Positions 18,200-28,053 of a DNA stretch of 64,000 nucleotides are shown piece by piece. Within the stretch, counting starts at the first letter, position 1. Each line of letters opens with the position of its first letter. Source of the stretch: Leptospira sp. (GTDB lineage: Bacteria; Spirochaetota; Leptospiria; Leptospirales; Leptospiraceae); assembly GCA_034439575.1 (NCBI GenBank), contig JAWXAQ010000035.1, positions 32,001 to 96,000 on the forward strand. Reading direction: 5' to 3'. Below the pieces are notes generated by a model. It was not told where the DNA came from. It saw nothing but the letters and a program-made list of their open reading frames with translations, and did no database searches. Both the position numbers and the translations under genes were made by a program.

Positions 18200-19396
18200 A
18201 TGAAACATACTCCCCTTTCGCGAAAAAAATTTTTATCAAATGCATTCAAAACAGGCGTCATTCTTTCTCTTTCTAGCGTTTCAAAATCAATTTTTGCATT
18301 TTCTGCATCAGACTCAGAATCGTATCGAAAAAATCCGATCGCCTATGCTGAGGCAATTGGGCTAACCTCAAAAATACAAAAAATATTACTGACGGCAATG
18401 CTTGCACCTAATTCACATAATACGCAGCCATGGAAAGTCAAAATAGATTCAGAAAATAGTTTTTTGTTATATGGGGATGCGGATCGTACCCTTAAAGCCA
18501 TTGATCCAATGTATCGGCAATTTTTCCATAGCCAAGGAACCTTTCTAGAATTAGCAAAACTAACAGCTGATTCCTTAATGTACAATTCTAAAATTACATT
18601 CTTTCCAAAAGGGATTCCTTCATCTGCAGAAAAATTTATTTCCTATCCTGTTGCCAGATTTGAAATCCAAGAAAAATCAGAATGCGTTCATGATTTTTTA
18701 TTTTTATCTTTGCCGAATCGCGTTATGAATCGAAGCGAATACTCTGGAGAGTTTTTAAAGGAAGATGATATTAATAATTTAAATAAGCTAACTTTTGCTA
18801 AATTTGTGAACTTAAAATTTATTTTAGGTGAAGAAAAAATAAAAGAATTTCATTCTCCCTTAATAGCTTCTTTTGAAGCTGAGGTTAACTTACGAGAGGC
18901 AAATGAATTGTCTAGGATTTGGTTTCGAAGTGCAAACGAAGATATTTATACAAAACGAGACGGAATTACTTTGGAAGGAAATGGATTGTCTGGAGTAAAA
19001 CTTTGGATTGCGAAAAAATTCTTTTTAGACCTAACAGAAACTGGATGGCATTCCGAATCTTCAAAAAAAGCAAGCGTCGACCTTGCGAGAAAGCAAGTGG
19101 AATCAGCCAAAGGACTAGTCTTTTTTATCACTGAAGGTAAAGATACTCCTCTCGAATGGGTCAAAACTGGTATAGATTTTATGCGCTTTACTTTAGCGGC
19201 TGCGAATCAAAATTTTGCCTTTCATACGATGAACCAGGCTGTCGAAGATTACAAAGAAAGTCTCTTTTTTCAGAACAAATTGAATGGATTATTAAAACTC
19301 AAAAAAACTGAAAAAATACAATTAATTGGACGTCTAGGACGTAGTGACACTTTTTTCGCCTCACCGAGAAGAGATTTGTCCGAAATCGTATTATGA
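18200..19396 (+). CDS. Acg-family FMN-binding nitroreductase-like protein with Tat-like leader
   Basis: LAPNSHNTQPW, SQGTFLE, SPRR; N-terminal SRKKFL; ATG 18200. Confidence 0.8.
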   Translation: MKHTPLSRKKFLSNAFKTGVILSLSSVSKSIFAFSASDSESYRKNPIAYAEAIGLTSKIQKILLTAMLAPNSHNTQPWKVKIDSENSFLLYGDADRTLKAIDPMYRQFFHSQGTFLELAKLTADSLMYNSKITFFPKGIPSSAEKFISYPVARFEIQEKSECVHDFLFLSLPNRVMNRSEYSGEFLKEDDINNLNKLTFAKFVNLKFILGEEKIKEFHSPLIASFEAEVNLREANELSRIWFRSANEDIYTKRDGITLEGNGLSGVKLWIAKKFFLDLTETGWHSESSKKASVDLARKQVESAKGLVFFITEGKDTPLEWVKTGIDFMRFTLAAANQNFAFHTMNQAVEDYKESLFFQNKLNGLLKLKKTEKIQLIGRLGRSDTFFASPRRDLSEIVL

Positions 19397-19417
19397 TTTA
19401 ATATTCTATGAACATAT

Positions 19418-20221
19418 TTAATAATAATTTATAGGACTTAAATTTTCGAATGTTGGCTTCGCAAATAAAAATCCCTGGTAGTATCTTATTCCCAAATCAA
19501 GTAATGTAGTATATTCTGATATTGTCTCAATCCCTTCTGCTATTACAAGAATATTCAATTCATTGCATATATTCATCATACCTTTGATAATGATTTGAGC
19601 TGTTTTATTTTTATCTACATCTCGAATTAATTCCATATCTAGCTTAATGATGTCTGGAGGAAATTTTGCCAATAGATTTAGCCCAGAGTATCCTGCACCA
19701 AAATCATCAATGGCAGTTAGAAAACCCATATTTCGATATTCTTTAAAGATCGAAACAATATGTGCATGATCAATGACTTCTTCACCTTCAGTGATTTCAA
19801 AAATAATGCGATTAGCTGGAAATAAGAATGTTTTACTGGCTTCCAACGTAGTTCGAATGCAAGACTCTGGTCGGTATACTGCGTTTGGTAAAAAATTAAT
19901 ATTTAAATATGAATCTATTTTTAATCGGCTAGCAAGTTCGATGGCTTTTACTCGACAGGCTTGGTCAAATAGATATCTATTTTTTTCGGTGACGTTTGAT
20001 AAGATATGGTAGGCTGATTCTTGATTTAGTCCCCTAACAAGTGCTTCTTGAGAGTAAACTTTTTTGTTTGTCGCATCAATAATTGGCTGAAACGCCATCG
20101 TAAATTCAAAGTCAAGACCAGCGCCGTCCTTACAGGCTAAACAGGATAATTTTCGGGGAATCGTTTTTCCATCCGAGACTTCTAAGAATTCTTTTGGAAA
20201 TGATTCTTGAATTTTATTCAT
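19418..20221 (-). CDS. Stand-alone EAL domain c-di-GMP phosphodiesterase
   Basis: FQPI, EALVR, FEITE, IDDFGAGYS, IKLD, AEGIE, QGFLF all intact. Confidence 0.93.
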   Translation of the reverse strand: MNKIQESFPKEFLEVSDGKTIPRKLSCLACKDGAGLDFEFTMAFQPIIDATNKKVYSQEALVRGLNQESAYHILSNVTEKNRYLFDQACRVKAIELASRLKIDSYLNINFLPNAVYRPESCIRTTLEASKTFLFPANRIIFEITEGEEVIDHAHIVSIFKEYRNMGFLTAIDDFGAGYSGLNLLAKFPPDIIKLDMELIRDVDKNKTAQIIIKGMMNICNELNILVIAEGIETISEYTTLLDLGIRYYQGFLFAKPTFENLSPINYY

Positions 20222-20279
20222 AACAAAAAATCCTCATAACTATATTTTTGACGTTTAAGTATTCATCGATAGTAAAAAA

Positions 20280-21188
20280 TTATTTTAAAATAATCTTATT
20301 TCCTAAATACCACATAACAACAAGTATCTGCATACACCCGAGTACCCGAAGTATCACATATGGTTTCGCATGGATCGCTTTAAGGGAGCCAAGTCTAGCC
20401 CCTATAAATCCACCAATGGTTCCGACAAGTGCCAATTCAATATGCAATTTTCCTTGAAAATAAAAAAGTAGTGAAGTCCCGAAAGATGTAAAAAATATCC
20501 CAAGAAATGATGTAGCCACTGCCTCTACTGGTTCCATACGAAAATAAAATACAAACAATGGTACGGCGAGAAACCCACCACCTATCCCGAGTAATGAGGA
20601 TGTTGCTCCAAAAGCAATCCCGACCAAAAGTAAAAAAAATATAGATCTTAACGAATCTGATTTTACACGATTCGTTTTATTTTCGGATTCTCTTAAATTT
20701 TGTACAATTTCATTTTCAGCTAGTGACAATTTCTTTTTTTTACGTTCCGCCGAAATCAGATTCCATACTCCGAGAATACTCAAAAAGAAAGTAAAAATAA
20801 ATAGGTAAACTAGCTCTGAAATCGGCATCCCGTAGACTATAGTTTTACCAAGATCAGTATCTTCAAATCTACCAAATTTATAGGCTACGTATTGCGCCGT
20901 GGGAATCGAAGTAATTAGTAAAAGGAATCCTTCTCTAAATTGAATTTTTTTATTTTTAAAATAAACAAAAAGTCCAGACAAAGAAGAAAATGGCATTTGT
21001 GCCAATGAAACCGCTACCGCTTGAACAGCACTTAGGTGAAAGAATGTGTGAAAAAAGGGAGTATAAATAAAGCCACCACCTATCCCCAAAAATGAGGAAA
21101 GGTAGCCCACCAAAAATCCAAGTACGATAACAGAAATTATACCTGGATAAAAACCAAAAATAAATTCATTAAAAACTTGAAAGTCCAA
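20280..21188 (-). CDS. TauE/SafE sulfite exporter family membrane protein
   Basis: Two LGIGGG motifs, AVATS, multiple TM segments. Confidence 0.88.
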   Translation of the reverse strand: MDFQVFNEFIFGFYPGIISVIVLGFLVGYLSSFLGIGGGFIYTPFFHTFFHLSAVQAVAVSLAQMPFSSLSGLFVYFKNKKIQFREGFLLLITSIPTAQYVAYKFGRFEDTDLGKTIVYGMPISELVYLFIFTFFLSILGVWNLISAERKKKKLSLAENEIVQNLRESENKTNRVKSDSLRSIFFLLLVGIAFGATSSLLGIGGGFLAVPLFVFYFRMEPVEAVATSFLGIFFTSFGTSLLFYFQGKLHIELALVGTIGGFIGARLGSLKAIHAKPYVILRVLGCMQILVVMWYLGNKIILK

Positions 21189-21199
21189 AGGTTTTTAAA

Positions 21200-21748
21200 C
21201 TATAAAAATTCTTTAGCATCATCAAAGAATTTTTCTGTAACTCTTTCGAAAACTTCCTTCTCTGTCGCCGTTTCTCCGTTATACCATATGCCAAGTATCA
21301 ATGGCAACCATTGCCCATAGTTTCTAAAAATATGATATTCATAGACTTTTACTTCTTTTCCATCTTTGAATAGATGATATTTGATATCATATCCATCTTG
21401 TTTTGACCAGGCAGGTATAAGTGTTGCCGTCATAGTCGATAATGCCAAAAACGCTAAAGCAGGTTTACTTGGACTGCGATAATCAACTTTCACATTTACC
21501 AGATAACCGGTCTTAGGTACGTCTATACCTTCAATCGTTTTTTTAAAAGGGCTTTTATTTTCGAAATAATTTTTTAAAGCTTCTCTTCCACCAAGATTGA
21601 ACTGAGGAAAATTTGGAAGATTATAAACGAAGTTAGCTTCCTTTGTTTTTTCACTTACCGGTAAAGGTAATAATTTTGGATAATCACGATAACTTATGAT
21701 ACAATTTTGGATCATAAGCATTGAAATTAATATAATAATTTTTTTCAT
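21200..21748 (-). CDS. Spirochaetal lipoprotein, unknown function
   Basis: MKKIIILISMLMIQNC spirochaete-type lipobox. Confidence 0.7.
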   Translation of the reverse strand: MKKIIILISMLMIQNCIISYRDYPKLLPLPVSEKTKEANFVYNLPNFPQFNLGGREALKNYFENKSPFKKTIEGIDVPKTGYLVNVKVDYRSPSKPALAFLALSTMTATLIPAWSKQDGYDIKYHLFKDGKEVKVYEYHIFRNYGQWLPLILGIWYNGETATEKEVFERVTEKFFDDAKEFL

Positions 21749-21762
21749 ATATTACCTATTTA

Positions 21763-22203
21763 TTAATTTTGACTATGATCATGATGGCCTTCTTCATCAT
21801 GTCTTCTTTCCATTTCATCATAAATCTCTTGTTGATCTTCATTAAAAAATAATTCAAAACCGATTCTTAAACAAACAGAATCTTCACCATCTTCTGACTC
21901 GCCCGGTAAAATTAAATTCATCACAAAAAAAGTATCCAATTCTGATTCTTCAATAAAGGCATCTGTTGCTTCCCACTCACCAAACTCTTCGTTATCTGGT
22001 TTACGGAAAGGTTGCAAAATCGTATCAAAGTCTTCTGTAATATAATTAAATTCACCTGATTCACTATCGATCATGAAAATGACATGATGACAACCAGGCC
22101 CCTCTTCTTCCAAAGGAGAGATAACTAGAGATCCACACGATGGACAATGTACCTTTGGATCAATCGCGCCGAAAGGCCATGTAATATTTACGGTTTCTAA
22201 CAT
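21763..22203 (-). CDS. Acidic hypothetical protein with CxxC and His-rich tail
   Basis: 146-aa ORF, AGGAG RBS, HCPSCG, HHDH. Confidence 0.7.
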   Translation of the reverse strand: MLETVNITWPFGAIDPKVHCPSCGSLVISPLEEEGPGCHHVIFMIDSESGEFNYITEDFDTILQPFRKPDNEEFGEWEATDAFIEESELDTFFVMNLILPGESEDGEDSVCLRIGFELFFNEDQQEIYDEMERRHDEEGHHDHSQN

Positions 22204-22331
22204 AGTAAAAGACTCCTAGGAACATCCTAATCAGACGCACATATCGTTCAACCCATTGAGAAGGTATATTTTTGTTTTTTTCTTTCTAATTTTAGTTTAT
22301 GGGAGAATTTAGATTTTAAGAGATACGAACA

Positions 22332-22742
22332 TTGGATTCAATCACCGAATTTTTTGATTCATTTCAATCCAGTTTTCATGAATTTTTTGGCCATGAATCT
22401 GAGCTTGGTTGGGAAATATACAAATTAAATTCCAGTGAATCAGCTAACGAACAATGGATGACCTTTACCATTCGAAATCCCCTTGCGGGTAGAGCTTTGG
22501 TTTTTCGATTTAACGAAACAGAAGACCAGTTTTATGCGTTTTTAAAAGTGCAAGTGATCCCAGGGGAAGAAAATTGGAATCTAGATGTTCTTTTTAAAAA
22601 GAAAGGATACTCTACTTTAGATTCAGAAGATTTAAAAAAAGAATTTGGTGAATGGAGATTTCATACTTTTGCTAGGTATTATTTTGGAATCATACTTAAT
22701 TTTTGTCCACGGATACTAGAGCCGGATTATTTTATCGACTAA
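22332..22742 (+). CDS. Hypothetical protein
   Basis: 136-aa ORF filling the gap between flanking genes. Confidence 0.7.
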   Translation: MDSITEFFDSFQSSFHEFFGHESELGWEIYKLNSSESANEQWMTFTIRNPLAGRALVFRFNETEDQFYAFLKVQVIPGEENWNLDVLFKKKGYSTLDSEDLKKEFGEWRFHTFARYYFGIILNFCPRILEPDYFID

Positions 22743-22785
22743 CGGTTATTGGCCTATAGTTATCGTAATAATTATCAATTATATT

Positions 22786-23634
22786 CTATTTAGTTTCTTT
22801 TCCGATGTCATTTCTTGTTTGGTTCCAAGCATAACCCCACAAAAAAAATGTAGAATTGATATATGCATATAACATAAGTACAACCATCTTAGAAAGCAAA
22901 TAATACGCGAGTGCATAGTTTACACCCACATTTTTTAATTTTAAATAGTATTGGAAACCGAATGTCAAAGGAATCCAAAGTAAGGCGGCAAAAATAGCAC
23001 CTGGTAAAGATTTTAGAATCGATGTTCTACGAGAAGTTGCATAGGAATAGTAAAAACTAAATAGACTCGTTACGACAAAAAACGTAATTACCGCAAGAAA
23101 TATCTCAGGATTTTTTCGAAATAATGTAAACTTAAAAGAAGAATACAAATACTTCTCGAACAAATAAAGACCATAACTAACATAAAAATAAATGACGATC
23201 AAAATACCACTAACCAACATCATACGAAGACTCATCCATTGCGCTTTGATGAATCCAATCTTTTCAGTTATAAAACTGATAGATCTTAAAGATTTAATCA
23301 CTGCCCCAAATATTGAAAGACTCGAAGCAAATGAAATTAATAAACTTAATGCTATAATTTTGTAGTCTTTAACATTAGTCAGGTTCTCTACACTTTTTTC
23401 TATAGGCTGGAAGATTGGTTGAGGTAATACTTTGCCCAATTGGTCGGTAATTAAATTTATCGTCTTTGGATCTTGGATCAGTCCGAGTAAAGAAACAAAT
23501 ACTACGAGTAACGGAAATAAGGTGAGTAAGAATGTGAATGAAATTTCAGATGCCAAGCCGTGAATGTCGGATTCCCATACCAATGCAAAAAACTTCCGAA
23601 GGCGTGACTTTGATTTTGCCATAATTTCAACCAA
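22786..23634 (-). CDS. YihY/virulence factor BrkB family membrane protein
   Basis: ASEISFTFLLTLFP, LPGAIFA; multi-TM. Confidence 0.85.
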   Translation of the reverse strand: MVEIMAKSKSRLRKFFALVWESDIHGLASEISFTFLLTLFPLLVVFVSLLGLIQDPKTINLITDQLGKVLPQPIFQPIEKSVENLTNVKDYKIIALSLLISFASSLSIFGAVIKSLRSISFITEKIGFIKAQWMSLRMMLVSGILIVIYFYVSYGLYLFEKYLYSSFKFTLFRKNPEIFLAVITFFVVTSLFSFYYSYATSRRTSILKSLPGAIFAALLWIPLTFGFQYYLKLKNVGVNYALAYYLLSKMVVLMLYAYINSTFFLWGYAWNQTRNDIGKETK

Positions 23635-23739
23635 TATACTAGATTTAGTCAGAATAGGGAATTTATTTCTCTTGCGACAGGAACTTGTACCGTAACCGTG
23701 GAGAAATCTCAGTGACGTACCTAAAAGGGGAAAACTTCC

Positions 23740-23901
23740 ATGTCAGAAGAAAAAGAAAAGAAAAACAAAAAAATCGCAAAAATGACCATCGAAGAAATCG
23801 ATGCAGCGATCAAAAAATCAACAGATTCGATGAACGGCAAATCTAGCCAATACATCAGACACTTAAATGAAAGAAAAGAGGAACTTTTAGCCAAAAAATA
23901 A
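23740..23901 (+). CDS. Small basic hypothetical protein (53 aa)
   Basis: AGGGG RBS; MSEEKEKKNKKIAKMTIEEIDAAIKK...; followed by a hairpin. Confidence 0.7.
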   Translation: MSEEKEKKNKKIAKMTIEEIDAAIKKSTDSMNGKSSQYIRHLNERKEELLAKK

Positions 23902-23922
23902 GGTTAAAAATCACTGTTTTAA

Positions 23923-23942
23923 CCCGTAGTTAAAGCTACGGG
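23923..23942. terminator. Stem-loop between the small ORF and the ABC-F gene
   Basis: cccgtag-ttaaag-ctacggg; weak U-tract. Confidence 0.4.
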
Positions 23943-23957
23943 CTCCCATTTTCCCAC

Positions 23958-25892
23958 TTGATACAATTCATTCAAATTCACCAACATTTCGGACCTAAGA
24001 CTCTATTCGAAGGATTCAGCTGGCATATCAAACCAGGCTCTCGAGTCGCTCTTGTCGGGCCCAATGGTTCCGGAAAAACGACTCTCTTTCAGATGGCTTC
24101 TGGCAAAATAAAACCAGAATCCGGTGAGGTCATCCGTTCAAAAAATACCCAACTTTCCCTTTTCCAACAAATCCCAGAATTTGATCCAGAAGCAAAAGTT
24201 GTGGATACAGTATTAAACGGAAATTTATTATACAAGGATTATTCCGCCAAACGCTCGCTTATCGAATCAAGGTTTGAAAATGTAGATTCTGAATCAGAAG
24301 CTTTCGAAAATCTTTTACATGACCAAAGTGAACTGGAAGAATTTGCCCATCAACATGACCTTCATGGACTCGAGGCAAAGGCAAAAAAAATTCTATCTGG
24401 TCTTGGATTTGCCCAAGCCGATTTTGAACGTAAAACTAAAGAGTTTTCACCTGGATTTCATCATAGAATCGGTTTAGCCATTGCCCTTTTAAATCCGCAT
24501 AATTTATTGTTACTCGATGAACCAACAAACCACTTGGATGATAAAACAAAAAGTTGGTTAGCTGACTTTTTAATTTCTCAAAACCAAGCCTTTGTTTTGG
24601 TAACTCACGATCCTGAATTTTTAAATAAAACTGTCACAACCATTGTAGAATTAAATCCCAATGGGGTTTTTGAATTTGAAGGCACATTGGAAGAATTTTT
24701 TGAAGCAAAAAATGAAATCCAAGAAAAATTAAAAGTGCAATTCCAAAAAGAAGAATCTTATCTCAAAACAAGATTGGAATGGGTAGAAAGATTTCGTGCG
24801 CAGGCAACTAAAGCGCGTCAGGTGCAATCAGTTATCAAACGTTTGGACAAACGTGACAAAGTCGAAAATCCTGAAGACTCGTTTTGGAATCAAAAACCAG
24901 AATACGCTTTTCAATTTTTACCTTCTAGTAATATCATTCTTAGATTAGAAAATGGATCATTTTCTTATCCAGACAAAGTTACCGGGATAAAAAAACAAAT
25001 TTTTACATCCGCTGAAATCGAAATCTCTGCTGGTGATAAAATTGCACTCGTAGGACCAAATGGTGCAGGTAAATCAACACTTATGCGCTGTTTGTTGCAA
25101 GAACATAAATTGGATGTTGGTAATTTATACTACGGCCCAAAAACCAAATTAGGATATTTTTCTCAAACCCACGGTGAAGACTTAGATTCTAGTCTCAACT
25201 TAGTAGAAACGATTCAAAAAAAATACCCTGAACTCAATGATGAAAAAGCCAGAACCCTTTTGGGACATTTTGCCTTTCCAGGAGACGGAGTTTTTAAATC
25301 GGTAAAGTTTTTATCAGGTGGAGAACAAAGTCGTTTACGTCTTGCCCTACTTGTACAACAACCTAGTAATTGTTTATTTTTTGATGAACCAACAAATCAC
25401 CTAGACATTGTTATACGTGAAGCTTTAAAAAGAGCCTTGGCAGAATACCCTGGTTCCATGTTAATCATTAGCCATGATCCTGATTTTTTAAAAGGTCTTT
25501 GTAATCGTACATTCCAACTTTCGAATGGTGTTTTGAAAAATTTAAATTGTAGTTTTGATGATTATTTAAAATTTCATAATGAAGACGAAGTGACTTTGCA
25601 GAATTCCACGAGCAAAGAGAAAAAGATAGAAAAGAAAGATACAACTACCGCTAGCAAAAATAAGCGAAAAAAACTCGAAAAAGAAATTCTTGAGATAGAA
25701 AACAAATTAGAAAGATTAGAAAAGAACCGAAAGGATAAAGAGGAACTTTTACAAGATCCGGAATTTTTCAAAAACAGAAGTTTTCAATTAGAAATGGATA
25801 CTTACAACGAAATAAAAAATGAGATTGCGAGTCTAACTTCCAGGTGGGAGCTTGCAACATTAGAATTGGATGAAATAGGAGGAGCGGTTTAA
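23958..25892 (+). CDS. ABC-F family ATP-binding protein
   Basis: Two NBDs (GPNGSGKT, GPNGAGKS; LLDEPTNHLD, FFDEPTNHLD), no TM, C-terminal coiled coil. Confidence 0.93.
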   Translation: MIQFIQIHQHFGPKTLFEGFSWHIKPGSRVALVGPNGSGKTTLFQMASGKIKPESGEVIRSKNTQLSLFQQIPEFDPEAKVVDTVLNGNLLYKDYSAKRSLIESRFENVDSESEAFENLLHDQSELEEFAHQHDLHGLEAKAKKILSGLGFAQADFERKTKEFSPGFHHRIGLAIALLNPHNLLLLDEPTNHLDDKTKSWLADFLISQNQAFVLVTHDPEFLNKTVTTIVELNPNGVFEFEGTLEEFFEAKNEIQEKLKVQFQKEESYLKTRLEWVERFRAQATKARQVQSVIKRLDKRDKVENPEDSFWNQKPEYAFQFLPSSNIILRLENGSFSYPDKVTGIKKQIFTSAEIEISAGDKIALVGPNGAGKSTLMRCLLQEHKLDVGNLYYGPKTKLGYFSQTHGEDLDSSLNLVETIQKKYPELNDEKARTLLGHFAFPGDGVFKSVKFLSGGEQSRLRLALLVQQPSNCLFFDEPTNHLDIVIREALKRALAEYPGSMLIISHDPDFLKGLCNRTFQLSNGVLKNLNCSFDDYLKFHNEDEVTLQNSTSKEKKIEKKDTTTASKNKRKKLEKEILEIENKLERLEKNRKDKEELLQDPEFFKNRSFQLEMDTYNEIKNEIASLTSRWELATLELDEIGGAV

Positions 25893-25894
25893 TT

Positions 25895-26236
25895 ATGGTA
25901 CCTGAAATCGATGTGAATACTTTTAAACAAAGACTTGATGCACGTAAATCTGGTAAGGACCATTTTTTTGTTTTGGATGTTCGTAATCCAAATGAACAAG
26001 AAATCGCACTTATCCCAGGTACAGATAAATTGATTCCTGTTGGAGAATTATCTGGAAGAATTTCCGAAATTATCGATCAAAAAGAAAATGAAATTTTGGT
26101 CTATTGCAGATCGGGTGGGCGATCAGGTATGGCTTGCGGAATTCTTGCCGAAGCTGGTTTCAAAAGTTTCAAAAATGTAGCGGGTGGAACTCTCGCCTAT
26201 TCTGACTTAGTTGACCCAACTATGAAAAAATATTAA
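25895..26236 (+). CDS. Rhodanese-like domain protein
   Basis: LDVR...E, VYCRSGGRS, GGTLAY. Confidence 0.9.
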   Translation: MVPEIDVNTFKQRLDARKSGKDHFFVLDVRNPNEQEIALIPGTDKLIPVGELSGRISEIIDQKENEILVYCRSGGRSGMACGILAEAGFKSFKNVAGGTLAYSDLVDPTMKKY

Positions 26237-26241
26237 TACCG

Positions 26242-27294
26242 ATGAAAAAAACTGATAATTTAAGAATTCTCGAACAACATAGCCTTATTCCACCATCCGT
26301 GATCGCAGAAGAATACCCACTAACGGATGTTGCTTCTGATTTGGTAACAAAAACTAGATCTGAAATTTCTGATCTTTTGCATAAAAAAGATGAAAAAAGA
26401 TTATTAGTCGTAGTTGGTCCATGTTCAGTACATGATACTAAGGCTGTTATGGAGTATGCAGAAAAACTTCGTCCCATGATAGACAAATATAAAAATGAAT
26501 TACTCATTGTTATGCGTGTTTATTTTGAAAAACCAAGAACCACTGTTGGATGGAAAGGCCTCATCAACGATCCAGATTTAGACGGATCTTTTCATATCAA
26601 CAAAGGCTTGCAAACTGCAAGGAAACTTCTTCTGGATTTGAACAATATGGGCATACCATGTGGTACAGAATTTCTAGATGTGATCTCTCCTCAGTATGTT
26701 GCAGATTTAGTTTCTTGGGGCGCCATTGGTGCTCGAACCACCGAGAGTCAGATTCATAGAGAACTGGCATCGGGTTTGTCGGCACCCATTGGTTTTAAAA
26801 ATGGAACCGATGGAAATGTACAAATTGCAATCGATGCCATGCGCTCTGCCGGATCATCTCATCATTTTTTATCTGTAACAAACCAAGGAAGCTCTGCTAT
26901 TTTTAAAACTGCAGGCAATCCAGATACCCATGTGATTCTTCGTGGTCACAACAAAGGCCCAAATTATGATGCTGCCACCATAAACGAATTAGGCGCACAA
27001 ATTGAAAAAAGCAATATTCCTTCGCGACTTATGATTGATTGTTCTCATGGAAATAGCCAAAAAGATTTTCGCAAACAACCCATAGTCATAGAATCTGTCG
27101 CAGAACAGTTCCAAGGCGGATCAAAATACATATTGGGTGTCATGATTGAAAGTCATCTCAATGAAGGAAATCAATCGATTGATGCCAGACCTTTAAAATA
27201 TGGCCAATCAATCACAGATGCTTGTGTTTCTTGGGAAACCACCATACCAATGTTAGAAACTCTCGCCACTGCAGTCAAAAATAGAAAAGTTTAG
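26242..27294 (+). CDS. 3-deoxy-7-phosphoheptulonate (DAHP) synthase, class I (AroF/G/H type)
   Basis: GPCSVHD, RVYFEKPRTTVGWKG, IGARTTESQ, DCSHGNS, SITDAC. Confidence 0.96.
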   Translation: MKKTDNLRILEQHSLIPPSVIAEEYPLTDVASDLVTKTRSEISDLLHKKDEKRLLVVVGPCSVHDTKAVMEYAEKLRPMIDKYKNELLIVMRVYFEKPRTTVGWKGLINDPDLDGSFHINKGLQTARKLLLDLNNMGIPCGTEFLDVISPQYVADLVSWGAIGARTTESQIHRELASGLSAPIGFKNGTDGNVQIAIDAMRSAGSSHHFLSVTNQGSSAIFKTAGNPDTHVILRGHNKGPNYDAATINELGAQIEKSNIPSRLMIDCSHGNSQKDFRKQPIVIESVAEQFQGGSKYILGVMIESHLNEGNQSIDARPLKYGQSITDACVSWETTIPMLETLATAVKNRKV

Positions 27295-27426
27295 TAAATT
27301 AAATTTTAGAATCATTCTATTATAAAATTTCGTTTATTGCCATAAATTTGTGTGGCATTTTAAAAAATCTCGATTAGATTTGCTCCTTGCTAAGAACGAG
27401 TTAAAGTTCAAGGCAAAGGAGATTCT

Positions 27427-27705
27427 ATGAAGAAAATACTATTCGGTGTTTTAGTTGCCATGATGTCTTTTGGCTCAGTGAGTCAATTGATGGCTGAAGA
27501 TTGTTTACTCTGCGGTAGTGGTAGCACCAACGGTTGCCAACAATGCCGAGGAACGGATCGGAAAGCATGTGCCGCAAAAGGTTGCAAAGTTTCAGGAACT
27601 GCCACTTGCTCAACTGCCGCAAATGTCAAAGTTTGTAAAGCTGACAAACCTCAGACTGATTTCACATTTCTCACTCCACAACAATCTAAAGTTGTTTTAA
27701 GATAA
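27427..27705 (+). CDS. Small secreted cysteine-rich protein (8 Cys)
   Basis: AAGGAG RBS, signal peptide, own terminator. Confidence 0.8.
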   Translation: MKKILFGVLVAMMSFGSVSQLMAEDCLLCGSGSTNGCQQCRGTDRKACAAKGCKVSGTATCSTAANVKVCKADKPQTDFTFLTPQQSKVVLR

Positions 27706-27714
27706 TTGATTCAC

Positions 27715-27743
27715 AGCGGTTGTGAAATTCGCAACCGCTTTTT
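27715..27743 (+). terminator. Rho-independent terminator
   Basis: agcggttgtg-aaatt-cgcaaccgct-tttt. Confidence 0.85.
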
Positions 27744-27834
27744 GTTCACCCGATCCCGATCTACTCCGCATGATTTAATTCAATTGATTTCCCAAATATT
27801 TGACATCTTTATGTTTTTGTGTTTTGCTGTATTT

Positions 27835-28053
27835 ATGAATACACGTATCACAGCCGATTTAAAGGACGCTCGTTTGATTCAGTTGATTAAAATGGAAGCG
27901 CATGAAAAAGGATGTACACAAGCGGAAGTGCTCATACATTCTCTTGAGATTTATTTTACAGATAAACTTGAAAATAATCTAGTCGTCAAGGCATCGGAAT
28001 TGGCGTTTAGTGAGTGGGATAATGGAAAGGATGCTGAGTATGATCGCATGTGA
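27835..28053 (+). CDS. Putative antitoxin
   Basis: 72 aa with acidic EWDNxxDxxYD tail, overlapping the PemK/MazF gene; TTGACA at 27800. Confidence 0.75.
   Translation: MNTRITADLKDARLIQLIKMEAHEKGCTQAEVLIHSLEIYFTDKLENNLVVKASELAFSEWDNGKDAEYDRM

Noticed and set aside
27706-27834. N-terminal extension of the antitoxin ORF (TTG 27706)
   Set aside because: Runs through a terminator and the probable promoter; ATG 27835 is more plausible
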